The notes under the pieces were generated by a model, which saw nothing but the letters and a program-made list of their open reading frames with translations, was not told the DNA's origin and searched no databases. A stretch of 46,235 bases of DNA from Candidatus Levyibacteriota bacterium (GTDB lineage: Bacteria > Patescibacteriota > Microgenomatia > Levybacterales > UBA12049), in assembly GCA_016432345.1 (NCBI GenBank), contig CP066685.1, positions 1-46,235 on the forward strand, read 5' to 3'. The translations under genes were made by a program, and so were the position numbers. Of this stretch, positions 10,542-19,492 are shown one piece after another. Numbering within the stretch: position 1 is the stretch's first letter; each line of letters starts with the position of its first letter.

Positions 10542-12598
10542 GCAGATACCATTATAGACTCTTTAGCCCCAAGGCGCTTATATATCTCCTCTGTCACAAA
10601 TGGCATAAAAGGATGAAGCAACTGCAAAAGAATAGCGTATAGCGTATAGAGAATAGTATAAGAATTTTCGTCGAGGCGGTTTTTGACGTCTTCGATATAA
10701 ACATCGGCAAACTCGTGCCAGATAAATTCGTAGAGCCTCTCTGCGGCAAAATTAAACTGATAGTTATCAATATATTTTGTTATATCCCCTATTAGTTTTT
10801 CAATTTCTTGAATCATCTTTTTATCATTCTCATGCTTTTCATGTTTTAATAATTCCCCATTATTCACCTGCCGTTTCATTTCAATAAATCGTCCTATATT
10901 CCATAATTTATTAGTAAACTTTCTCGCAGCATCAAGTTTTGGATAAGAAAGACTCTGATCATTTCCCGTTGCGTTTCCATACACCAAAGCAAATCTTACT
11001 GCGTCCGCGCCATATTGCTCAACCAGTTCCAATGGATTTACTACATTCCCCTTAGATTTACTCATCTTCTTACCATATGGATCGTTAACAATCCCATGAA
11101 ATAGCACATTTTTAAATGGTATTTTCCCTGTTCTATACATACTCATCATAACCATTCTTGATACCCAAGCTTTTAAAATATCATAAGCAGTTTCCATAAC
11201 GCTTGTTGGATAAAACTTTTCAAAATCACCTGGTTTTGTCGTCTGTAATGTTACGTATGGCCATTGACTCGATGAAAACCAAGTATCAAATGTGTCTGTA
11301 TCCTGCTCCCATTCTTCTCCTTTTGGCGCCTCCCCTTCTGTTACCACCCATTCTCCTGTTTTTTTATTTTTCCAAGCAGGAATTCTAATCCCCCACACAA
11401 TTTGGCGAGAAATATTCCAATCGCGCAAATTCTCCAGCCATTGAAAATAGATGTTTTCAAAATTTTTGGGGAAAATGCGAATTTTACCTTCTTTTACAAC
11501 TTCTATTGCTTCTTTTTTTAACTTATCTACCCTCATAAACCATTGCTCTTTGGGTAATGGCTCAAGCACTGATTTACATTTGTAACAAAGGTTTAGGCGC
11601 GTCACGTAGTTTTCATCAATTTTCTCAATCAACTCTTTTTGCTGCATTTCCTCCACAATAGCTTTCCGCGCCTGTTTAACAAAGAGGCCCGCAAATTTTC
11701 CAGCATGCTGATTTAGCTTGCCATCAAAATCAATCACCTGCTTCATGGACAAATGATGCCTTTTTCCTGTTTCGAAATCGGCAAAATCATGGGCTGGTGT
11801 AATTTTTACTACTCCTGTCCCAAAATTTGGATCAACCGATTCATCGGCAATTACTTTTATTTTTGCTTTTCCTAAAACTGTTTCTATATCTATCTCTTGT
11901 CCAATATACTGTTTATACCGCTTGTCATCTGGATTAACTGCTACCGCAGTATCACCAAATTTTGTCTCGGGTCTGGTGGTGGCTAAAACCAACGAGCCAT
12001 ATTTTATGTAATACAAAGGCGCTTGACGTTCTTCATGCGCCACTTCCAAATCAGAAAAAGATGTGCCATCAACAGTGCAGTAATTTACCAAACGATAATC
12101 GCGGTAAATAAGACCTTCGTCAAACATTTTTTTAAATGTTTTATAAACCAATTTGGTAATATCTTTGTCAAGAGTATATTTTTCCCGACTCCAATCCAGA
12201 GAAAACCCAAGTTTTCGCAATTGATTTTGAATTCCTCCCCGATGATCTTCCACATATTCCCAAATCATTTTATAAAGCGTTTCCTGGTCGTAATCGAGTC
12301 TCGACTTACCTTCGAGCTTTAACTTTTTTTCAAACACAAACTGCGTTTCTATACCTGCGTGGTCAGTTCCAGGAAACCACAAAGCAGCATCACCAAGCAT
12401 CCTATGATAACGGATTAAAATATCCTCTACTGTAAACATGGCGTGGCCAAAATGAAGCGCGCCATTGGCATTTGGCGGTGGCAAAATTATGGTATATGGT
12501 TTGCCGTTTGGGTTGACTTCGGGCTTAAAATAACCTTTCTCTTCCCACTCTTTATAAATTTTTTCCTCAACGTCTTTGTGATTATAAACTTTATCCAT
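10529..12598 (-). CDS. valS: Valyl-tRNA synthetase (short form)
   Basis: PPPNANGALHFGH (HIGH-type), DWNISRQIVWG, DTFDTWFSS, KMSKSKGN; ends at 'SAWPK'. Confidence 0.97.
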   Translation of the reverse strand: MDKVYNHKDVEEKIYKEWEEKGYFKPEVNPNGKPYTIILPPPNANGALHFGHAMFTVEDILIRYHRMLGDAALWFPGTDHAGIETQFVFEKKLKLEGKSRLDYDQETLYKMIWEYVEDHRGGIQNQLRKLGFSLDWSREKYTLDKDITKLVYKTFKKMFDEGLIYRDYRLVNYCTVDGTSFSDLEVAHEERQAPLYYIKYGSLVLATTRPETKFGDTAVAVNPDDKRYKQYIGQEIDIETVLGKAKIKVIADESVDPNFGTGVVKITPAHDFADFETGKRHHLSMKQVIDFDGKLNQHAGKFAGLFVKQARKAIVEEMQQKELIEKIDENYVTRLNLCYKCKSVLEPLPKEQWFMRVDKLKKEAIEVVKEGKIRIFPKNFENIYFQWLENLRDWNISRQIVWGIRIPAWKNKKTGEWVVTEGEAPKGEEWEQDTDTFDTWFSSSQWPYVTLQTTKPGDFEKFYPTSVMETAYDILKAWVSRMVMMSMYRTGKIPFKNVLFHGIVNDPYGKKMSKSKGNVVNPLELVEQYGADAVRFALVYGNATGNDQSLSYPKLDAARKFTNKLWNIGRFIEMKRQVNNGELLKHEKHENDKKMIQEIEKLIGDITKYIDNYQFNFAAERLYEFIWHEFADVYIEDVKNRLDENSYTILYTLYAILLQLLHPFMPFVTEEIYKRLGAKESIMVSAWPK
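10633..10660 (+). repeat. TAG-heptad array inside valS (antisense strand)
   Basis: tagcgta|tagcgta|tagagaa|tagtata; the coding strand gives 'YTILYTLYA'. Confidence 0.8.
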
Positions 12599-12627
12599 AC
12601 AGTTATTTTAACATTTACCTTATCCTC

Positions 12628-12655
12628 TTGACAAATCATACAAAAACTGTATAAT
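12628..12655 (+). promoter_or_regulatory. Sigma70 promoter of the RelBE-like TA operon
   Basis: TTGACA (12628-33), 16-nt spacer, TATAAT (12650-55); inverted repeat ATACA-N5-TGTAT at 12638-52. Confidence 0.8.
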
Positions 12656-12664
12656 TGTATTACT

Positions 12665-12955
12665 ATGCAAAGAATCGTTGTGCAAGTTCCTATGAGCCGT
12701 GAATTAAAAGAAAAAGCAGAGATTGTATCTTCTGATTTAGGATTCTCTTCTATACAAGAAGCAATCCGTGTGCTTTTAACCAAGCTTTCTAAAAAAGAGT
12801 TTCGCTTAAAAGTAGAGGAGAATAATGAGCAGCCTAGTAAATATTTACTTTCTGCAATGAAACGGGCACGAAAAGACAGGCTTGCTGGAAAAGCATCTCC
12901 TGTTTTTGATAATGTTGAAGATAATCTTAAATACCTCGATGAGCAGGGTATATGA
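12665..12955 (+). CDS. Type II antitoxin (RelB/DinJ-like)
   Basis: N-terminal RHH-like segment, acidic C-terminus, ATGA overlap with the toxin gene. Confidence 0.75.
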   Translation: MQRIVVQVPMSRELKEKAEIVSSDLGFSSIQEAIRVLLTKLSKKEFRLKVEENNEQPSKYLLSAMKRARKDRLAGKASPVFDNVEDNLKYLDEQGI

Positions 12956-13239
12956 AAATTCAATACCACCCTGCTTTCCTTAAAAATCTTAAAAAACTAG
13001 ACGTAAAAATCCGCAAAAGCTTTAGAAAAAGAATCACAGTCTTTTTAAAAAATCCTTATGATTCCGAGCTGAATAATCACGAACTAAAAGATGAATATCA
13101 AGGATACCGAAGTATTGATATTACTGCTGACTATCGAGCAATATATGAGGAAATAAACGAAGACGGTAAATTTATTACCTATTTTTTCCTTATTGGAACC
13201 CATGAACAACTTTACGACAAGACGCTTAACAAGAATTAA
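12952..13239 (+). CDS. RelE/YafQ-family mRNA interferase toxin
   Basis: 'FLKNLKKL', 'LNNHELK..YQGYRSIDITADYRAIY', 'IGTHEQLY'. Confidence 0.9.
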   Translation: MKIQYHPAFLKNLKKLDVKIRKSFRKRITVFLKNPYDSELNNHELKDEYQGYRSIDITADYRAIYEEINEDGKFITYFFLIGTHEQLYDKTLNKN

Positions 13240-13313
13240 AAACATCTCTTTTCCCGAGTATTTCCCGATCTATTCCCGATCATTACTTCATTACTTACTG
13301 ATATAATACGTTT

Positions 13314-14549
13314 ATGCACAAACGGATTGCTATGTTTTCGGTTCATACCTGCCCTCTGGCATTTGAGGAAGGTAAAGAAACCGGCGGCATGAATGTATAC
13401 GTTATGGCTCTTGCTCAAGAACTGGTAAAAATCGGCTACATTGTTGACATCTTTACCCGCTCACAAAGCCAAAAGCATAAAAAAATTGTTAATGTTTCTC
13501 CCCGTCTTCGCGTTGTCCATCTTGTGGCAGGAAAAGAAAAACCTCTTCCTAAACAGCAGCTTCTACAATATATTGACGAATTTACAAATAGTTTTCTTGC
13601 TTTTACACAAAAAGAAAATCTTGAATTTAACCTTTTCCATGCACACTATTACCTTTCGGGAAAGGTCTGTCAAAAATTACGAGCAATTGGACTAAATATA
13701 CCTTTTATTATGACATTTCATACCCTGGCGTTAATGAAAAACCTTGTTGCAAGAGACGAGCTTGAACGTGAAGGAAAAGAACGTATTGATGCCGAAATTA
13801 CCCTTGCCAAAGAAGCAAATTATATCATCGCATCAAGTCAAACGGATGCCCAATACCTGCAATACCTATATAGCTGTGATAAAGATAAAATTACAGTTGT
13901 TTATCCAGGCGTGGACGCACACCTTTTTTTACCAATGGATAAACAAAAAGCCAAAAAACATGTTGGCGCAGACTTTAACCACAAACTTGTTTTGTATGTA
14001 GGCCGAATCGAACCGCTTAAAGGCATTGATATGCTGATTTATGCCCTAAAAATTATACTTGAACAACATCCAAACATTAAAGTTTGCCTATGGATAATTG
14101 GCGGCGATGTGTCGCAAAAAAAACATCTTTGGTCAAACGAACTCCAAAGACTAGAAAAATTACGGCAACTGCTCAATATAGAAACTATGGTCTATTTTGT
14201 GGGACAAAAACACCAGCACGAACTTCCCTATTACTATAATGCGGCAGAACTGGTAGTAATGCCATCGCACTACGAATCTTTTGGTATGGCGGCAATTGAA
14301 GCAATGAGTTGCGGTGTGCCAGTTATTACCACCAATGTTTCGGGCGTTACAGATATTTTGGATAAACGGCACCAGCAGTTAATTACTGCTGTCAATAATC
14401 CTCTTCTTCTCGCCTCGCAAATTATTAAACTTCTTACAAATGAAGAAGAATACAAAAAAATAAGTACACAGATCCAAAAACAGGTGCGGGATCTTTCCTG
14501 GCAACAAATCTCGCAGAAAATATCAAGAGTGTATAAAAAATTCTTATGA
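13314..14549 (+). CDS. GT4 (GT-B) glycosyltransferase, MshA-like
   Basis: 'HTCPLA...ETGGMNVYV', 'HAHYYLSG', 'FHTLA', 'VGRIEPLKG', 'PSHYESFGMAAIEAMSCG'. Confidence 0.9.
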   Translation: MHKRIAMFSVHTCPLAFEEGKETGGMNVYVMALAQELVKIGYIVDIFTRSQSQKHKKIVNVSPRLRVVHLVAGKEKPLPKQQLLQYIDEFTNSFLAFTQKENLEFNLFHAHYYLSGKVCQKLRAIGLNIPFIMTFHTLALMKNLVARDELEREGKERIDAEITLAKEANYIIASSQTDAQYLQYLYSCDKDKITVVYPGVDAHLFLPMDKQKAKKHVGADFNHKLVLYVGRIEPLKGIDMLIYALKIILEQHPNIKVCLWIIGGDVSQKKHLWSNELQRLEKLRQLLNIETMVYFVGQKHQHELPYYYNAAELVVMPSHYESFGMAAIEAMSCGVPVITTNVSGVTDILDKRHQQLITAVNNPLLLASQIIKLLTNEEEYKKISTQIQKQVRDLSWQQISQKISRVYKKFL

Positions 14550-15028
14550 ATAAGACATTTTATATCTTTCGCCATGGCCTATCCACAAAAAGCCTGTTTG
14601 GATATGGCGACAAAATAGTTACTGCAGAACTTCTTCCCGAAGGCAAACCGCCGATTAAAAAAATGGGTAAATATTTAAAAAATGTTTCTACAGATTTCTG
14701 TGTCCGCTCGGAATTTATTAGATGCCAGCAAACTTCAGATATTATCGCAAAAGCTACTAATAAAAAATTTATTAACGACAAAAGGCTTAATGAATATAAC
14801 GATGAAACCTTTGACAACTTGCGAGATCGGACAAAGGACTTTTTGGAAAATATTGAAAAATCAAACTATAAAGATATTCTTATTTGTACCCATGGCGCTG
14901 TAATTGCGGCTTTGAAAAATCTTATTTTAAAAAACAAATTTACCATATTTCAGTTATATGATTATCCAAAAACAGGAATGCTATTAATAATAAAAGAAGG
15001 AAAAATTGAAGAGATAGATTTTAACTAA
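14546..15028 (+). CDS. Histidine phosphatase family protein
   Basis: RHG motif, 'SEFIRCQQT', 'RLNE', 'CTHG'. Confidence 0.88.
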   Translation: MNKTFYIFRHGLSTKSLFGYGDKIVTAELLPEGKPPIKKMGKYLKNVSTDFCVRSEFIRCQQTSDIIAKATNKKFINDKRLNEYNDETFDNLRDRTKDFLENIEKSNYKDILICTHGAVIAALKNLILKNKFTIFQLYDYPKTGMLLIIKEGKIEEIDFN

Positions 15029-15031
15029 ATG

Positions 15032-16006
15032 CTAATTTCCCTTTTTGTTTTTATGCCACTGCCAGACAGACTCAATAATTGTTTGCAAATCTGAATATTT
15101 TGGAGAAAACCCAAGCTCTTTTTTTATGTTTGTGGGATCAGCAATAAGCGTTTGTGCATCTCCCGGTCGCCTCTGTGCTTCTTTAACTAAAAAATCAATC
15201 CCACTGACTTTTTTTACCATCTCAATTACTTCTTTGTTGGAATAACCATTTCCTGCTCCGACATTATAAAAATACCCACCATTCTCTTTTTGCAGTTTTT
15301 CAAGAGCTAAAAGATGCGCTTCCACCAAATCTACAACATGAATATAATCCCTAATGCAGCTGCCGTCTTTAGTGTTGTAATCTGTGCCATATAAAACAAA
15401 TTCTTTGTTGTCTATGGCCGCTTTAATAGCAAGCGGAATAATATGTGTTTCGGGACTGTGATCTTCGCCAAAACTGCCATCAAGCGATGCTCCTGCGGCG
15501 TTAAAGTAACGAAGAGAGACAAAAGACAATCCATAAATTTTTTGGTACCAGGACAGGATTTTCTCAACCATTAGCTTACTTTCTCCATACGGATTGGTTG
15601 GATGTTGTGGATGGTCTTCTGGAATCGGCACCTTAATTGGATTTCCATATACTCCGGCAGTTGAGGAAAAAATAAAATGTTTTACCTGGTGCTTTACTAC
15701 TTGTTCTATTAAAAGCTGAGAGGCAGTGGTATTTTTATAAAAATAGAGGCCCGGGTTTTGCATGGACTCCTCCATAGAAATATAGCCTGCAAAATGCATG
15801 ACACCATCAAAATTATACTTGCTAAATACTTCACTTAAACTTTTATCTAAAATATCTAGTTTAATAACCTCTGCTCGTTTATCAACTGTTTCTTTATGTC
15901 CTCTTTCAAAACTATCCAAAATAACAACCTCGTAACCTTTATCTAACAATCCATTAACGGCAAAACTGCCAATATAGCCTGCTCCCCCAGTCACCAGTAT
16001 TTTCAT
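15032..16006 (-). CDS. galE: UDP-glucose 4-epimerase
   Basis: TGGAGYIGS, FSSTAGVYG, YGESK, LRYFNAAGA, IRDYIHV. Confidence 0.95.
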   Translation of the reverse strand: MKILVTGGAGYIGSFAVNGLLDKGYEVVILDSFERGHKETVDKRAEVIKLDILDKSLSEVFSKYNFDGVMHFAGYISMEESMQNPGLYFYKNTTASQLLIEQVVKHQVKHFIFSSTAGVYGNPIKVPIPEDHPQHPTNPYGESKLMVEKILSWYQKIYGLSFVSLRYFNAAGASLDGSFGEDHSPETHIIPLAIKAAIDNKEFVLYGTDYNTKDGSCIRDYIHVVDLVEAHLLALEKLQKENGGYFYNVGAGNGYSNKEVIEMVKKVSGIDFLVKEAQRRPGDAQTLIADPTNIKKELGFSPKYSDLQTIIESVWQWHKNKKGN

Positions 16007-16066
16007 TCTTTTAGTCTAGCAAATAAGACTTGCATTATAAAGTACCCTTTATGTATAATCATTTTT

Positions 16067-17374
16067 ATGGCAACAGAAGACAATAATCCATGGAAAAGGT
16101 CTCAAGAAAAGCTGCGGGCTATTGCCAAAAAAATACATCTTGACCCACTGCTTTTAGCCGAGCTTGAAGAGCCAGACAGAATCATCACCACTTCTCTTCC
16201 TATTCGCCTCGATAACGGCAACATCCAAACATTTACCGGCTACCGCGTCCAACACAACAACGTCCTTGGCCCATACAAAGGCGGCATCCGTTACCACCCA
16301 CAGGTTTCGATGGACGAAGTAAAGGCATTGGCCTTTTGGATGACTGTAAAATGTGCTGTTATTAACGTGCCGTTTGGCGGTAGCAAGGGCGGTATTACGG
16401 TTGATCCAAAGTCGCTGTCTGAAAATGAATTACGAGAACTAACTTATGTATTTTCCAGAAAGCTAGCGCGTGCCATTGGGCCAGAAATAGACGTTCCGGC
16501 GCCAGATGTTAATACCAATCCAACAATTATGGGCTGGCTTGTTGAAGAATACGAAAAACAAGTCAAAAGTCAAAAGTCAAAAGTCAAAACTTCTTTAACA
16601 GATAATCAATTAAAAGCTGTTGTTACCGGCAAACAGGTCGACCAAGGCGGATCACTAGGCCGAACCGAAGCAACAGGACTTGGCGGATTCTACGCCCTAA
16701 TGCATGTCTTAAAAAAGCTTGGGTTAAATCCAAAAGATATGACTGTGGCTGTCCAGGGATTTGGCAATGTTGGCTACTATGCCGCAGAGTTTTTCTATAA
16801 AGAGGGTATAAAAGTTGTCGCAGTATCTGATTCCAAAGAGGGTATCTATGTAAAAGAAGGACTTAATCCAGATAAAACCTTAGCGTGCAAAAAAGAAAAA
16901 GGTATGCTTTCAGGCTGCTATTGTATTGGATCAGTCTGTGATGTAAAAAATGGCAAACAAATTACCAATAAAGACTTGCTTGAACTTCCGGTCGATATTT
17001 TAGTGCCGGCCGCCCTTGAAAATGTGATCACAGCAGAAAATGCAGCTAATACAAAAGCAAAAATTATTCTGGAACTTGCCAACGGACCAATAACAATCGA
17101 GGCCGATACAATTCTTGCACAAAAAGATACTATGGTAATTCCCGACATCCTTGCCAATTCCGGCGGGGTATGTGTTTCTTACTACGAATGGTATCAAAAT
17201 ATGCATAACGAAAAATGGACAAAAGAAGATGTATTTAAAAAACTCAAAAAACAGATGGAAGAAGCAACTAACGATGTATGGACAATAAGTAAAGAAAAAG
17301 GGGTATCACTTCGCGACGCAGCATATATAGTAGCGCTCCAAAGAATACAAAACGCATGGAAACATGAACATTGA
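16067..17374 (+). CDS. gdhA: Glu/Leu/Phe/Val dehydrogenase (glutamate dehydrogenase-like)
   Basis: GPYKGGIRYH, GGSKGG, DVPAPDV, QGFGNVG, ELANGP, PDILANSGGV. Confidence 0.92.
   Translation: MATEDNNPWKRSQEKLRAIAKKIHLDPLLLAELEEPDRIITTSLPIRLDNGNIQTFTGYRVQHNNVLGPYKGGIRYHPQVSMDEVKALAFWMTVKCAVINVPFGGSKGGITVDPKSLSENELRELTYVFSRKLARAIGPEIDVPAPDVNTNPTIMGWLVEEYEKQVKSQKSKVKTSLTDNQLKAVVTGKQVDQGGSLGRTEATGLGGFYALMHVLKKLGLNPKDMTVAVQGFGNVGYYAAEFFYKEGIKVVAVSDSKEGIYVKEGLNPDKTLACKKEKGMLSGCYCIGSVCDVKNGKQITNKDLLELPVDILVPAALENVITAENAANTKAKIILELANGPITIEADTILAQKDTMVIPDILANSGGVCVSYYEWYQNMHNEKWTKEDVFKKLKKQMEEATNDVWTISKEKGVSLRDAAYIVALQRIQNAWKHEH
16560..16589 (+). repeat. (AAGTCAA)4 heptamer tandem repeat inside gdhA
   Basis: Four exact copies; encodes 'VKSQKSKVK' in-frame just before 'AVVTGK'. 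Confidence 0.95.
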
Positions 17375-18596
17375 TCAACTAATCCACACTGCTCTATTTT
17401 CTGACTTTGAAGAGGAGAAAAAAACTGCACGTAATCGTATTCGTTCTCTTGCAAAGGAAAAGGGCATTATCTCCTCCTCTATCTATCCCTTTTATATGGC
17501 ACTAGGACAGGATGAAGCACCAACATCCTTTACCGTACCGGCAATAAATATTCGTACATTAACCTACCAAACAGCAACGATTATTTTTTTCCTTATGCAA
17601 AAACATCATATTGGCCCGGTGGTATTTGAAATCGCCCGGTCAGAAATCGACTACACTGACCAACGGCCGGATGAATACGCTATTGCCATCCTTGCTGGGG
17701 CAATAAAAGCTAACTACAAAGGCCCTGTTTTTATTCAAGGCGACCATTACCAATTAAGTAAGAAAAAATATACAGAAAATCCGGCTGCAGAAGTACAAAA
17801 GATAAAAGATTTAATTAAAGAATCAATAGAGGCAGACTTTTTGAATATCGACATTGATGCATCTACCTTAGTAGATCTCGAAAAACCTACGCAAAGCGAA
17901 CAACAACAAGATAACTACAATGTTACAGCCGAACTTACCGAATACATAAGGAATCTTGAGCCCAAAAATACTACTATCTCCATAGGCGCTGAAATAGGCC
18001 ATATTGGAGGAAAAAATTCTACACCGGACGAACTTAAGGCATTCATGGAAGGCTATCTTCCAAAAATCCAATCACTCAAAGGCATTAGTAAAATTAGCGT
18101 CCAAACAGGTACATCTCATGGCGGTATTCTCCTACCAGATGGCGGCATGGCAGACGTCAAACTGGATTTTAACGTGATAAAAGAAACCGGAGCTGCTGCG
18201 CGAAACACCTATCATCTTGGCGGCGTTGTCCAACATGGGGCATCAACTTTACCGAATGAACTTTTTGGAGAGTTTCCCAAAAACAAAACCCTCGAAATAC
18301 ACTTAGCAACCGGTTTCCAAAACATTGTCTATGACAATATACCAGTTGCTCTACGTGAAAAAATGTACGAATGGATTAAAAATAACTGTAAGAAAGAATG
18401 GGAAGAAGACTGGAACGAAGAACAATTTATTTACAAAACCCGTAAAAAAGCCCTGGGGCCATTTAAAAAACAGCTTTTTGAACTAGGAGGAAAAGATAAA
18501 CAAAAAATCCTGGCGGGACTCGAAAAACAACTGTCTTTTCTCTTCCAAAAACTCAATGTGATAGATACAAAAAAATTTATTGAGAAACTATACTAA
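17364..18596 (+). CDS. fba: Class II fructose-bisphosphate aldolase (long form)
   Basis: 'VPAINIR', 'FIQGDHYQ', 'DIDAS', 'GAEIGHIGG', 'TGTSHGG', 'VQHGAS'; context with fbp and pgk. Confidence 0.85.
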   Translation: MNIDQLIHTALFSDFEEEKKTARNRIRSLAKEKGIISSSIYPFYMALGQDEAPTSFTVPAINIRTLTYQTATIIFFLMQKHHIGPVVFEIARSEIDYTDQRPDEYAIAILAGAIKANYKGPVFIQGDHYQLSKKKYTENPAAEVQKIKDLIKESIEADFLNIDIDASTLVDLEKPTQSEQQQDNYNVTAELTEYIRNLEPKNTTISIGAEIGHIGGKNSTPDELKAFMEGYLPKIQSLKGISKISVQTGTSHGGILLPDGGMADVKLDFNVIKETGAAARNTYHLGGVVQHGASTLPNELFGEFPKNKTLEIHLATGFQNIVYDNIPVALREKMYEWIKNNCKKEWEEDWNEEQFIYKTRKKALGPFKKQLFELGGKDKQKILAGLEKQLSFLFQKLNVIDTKKFIEKLY

Positions 18597-18651
18597 CTAT
18601 ACCCCCACGTCAGTCAGACCTACTTACTGCTGTATGCTATACTAAAATAGT

Positions 18652-19492
18652 ATGGAAGAATATAAAAATTTCAACAAACGATTAAAAATACTAGTAAGTA
18701 AACGCAGAGATTTGATTGTAAATACTTTATCCAATATATTTACCATGAGATTAATTGGTAATAAAACCCACGAAGACTTAGCTGAAATAGGCATGGCCGA
18801 GTTTATTAACCAATTTATGTATGATTTTAAAAGTATTCATGTTGGAAAAGATTTTTTTCGGGCTAAGGAACGAGAAGAAGATATCGTGATTATTAACGAG
18901 GTTACTAAATCGCAATTTCCGTTGAGCCTAAAGGCTTATGGGGATGGTCCTTTACAACTCTCTACAGACTCCGATCAAAAGATGTTCCCCTATCTTGAAT
19001 CCCAAGGTAAAGAAATTACCAATAAAGACCAGATTGCGGTCATATTTGCAACACATGAATTCGCGGACTTTAATAATATAAACGTTATGCCGCTTATTTA
19101 CAATGAAAAAAATAAACAATGTAACATAATGGTTTTTGACCATGCAAAAGCAATTAAAAATACAGCGCGCATTTTATATATAGGAAAGGGAGAAAACTAC
19201 GGAAATAAAAAGACGGGCACACCCAATTTATATGTTTTTAGATGATAAGAATAATTATATTTGTGAAGTTCGTTATGGTGGCGCATCGGCAAATGCGCTT
19301 CAAAGAGGACTTTGGACAAATACAAAAAATGCCATTTTTTATTTTGACAGTATCACCAATGGCTGGATTGATTATTCACATAATCTAACGTTAGTCAGAT
19401 TATTTAGTCTTGCATTAAATAGCACCGAAGAAAGCCATAAACAAGCAAATGAAATTTTGCAAAAAGATATTGATAGATTAAAAAACTTATGA
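18652..19492 (+). pseudogene. Putative type II restriction endonuclease split by a frameshift (ORFs 18652..19245 and 19232..19492)
   Basis: Two overlapping ORFs that join if one A is removed at 19207-19211. Immediately upstream of an adenine MTase. Endonuclease identity is inferred from context. Confidence 0.65.

Noticed and set aside
12952-12955. Alternative genetic code (TGA read as Gly, as in some CPR lineages)
   Set aside because: TGA terminates genes at expected positions (relB, ruvB, fbp-overlapping MTase, ORF 32512) and no conserved gene is interrupted by TGA.
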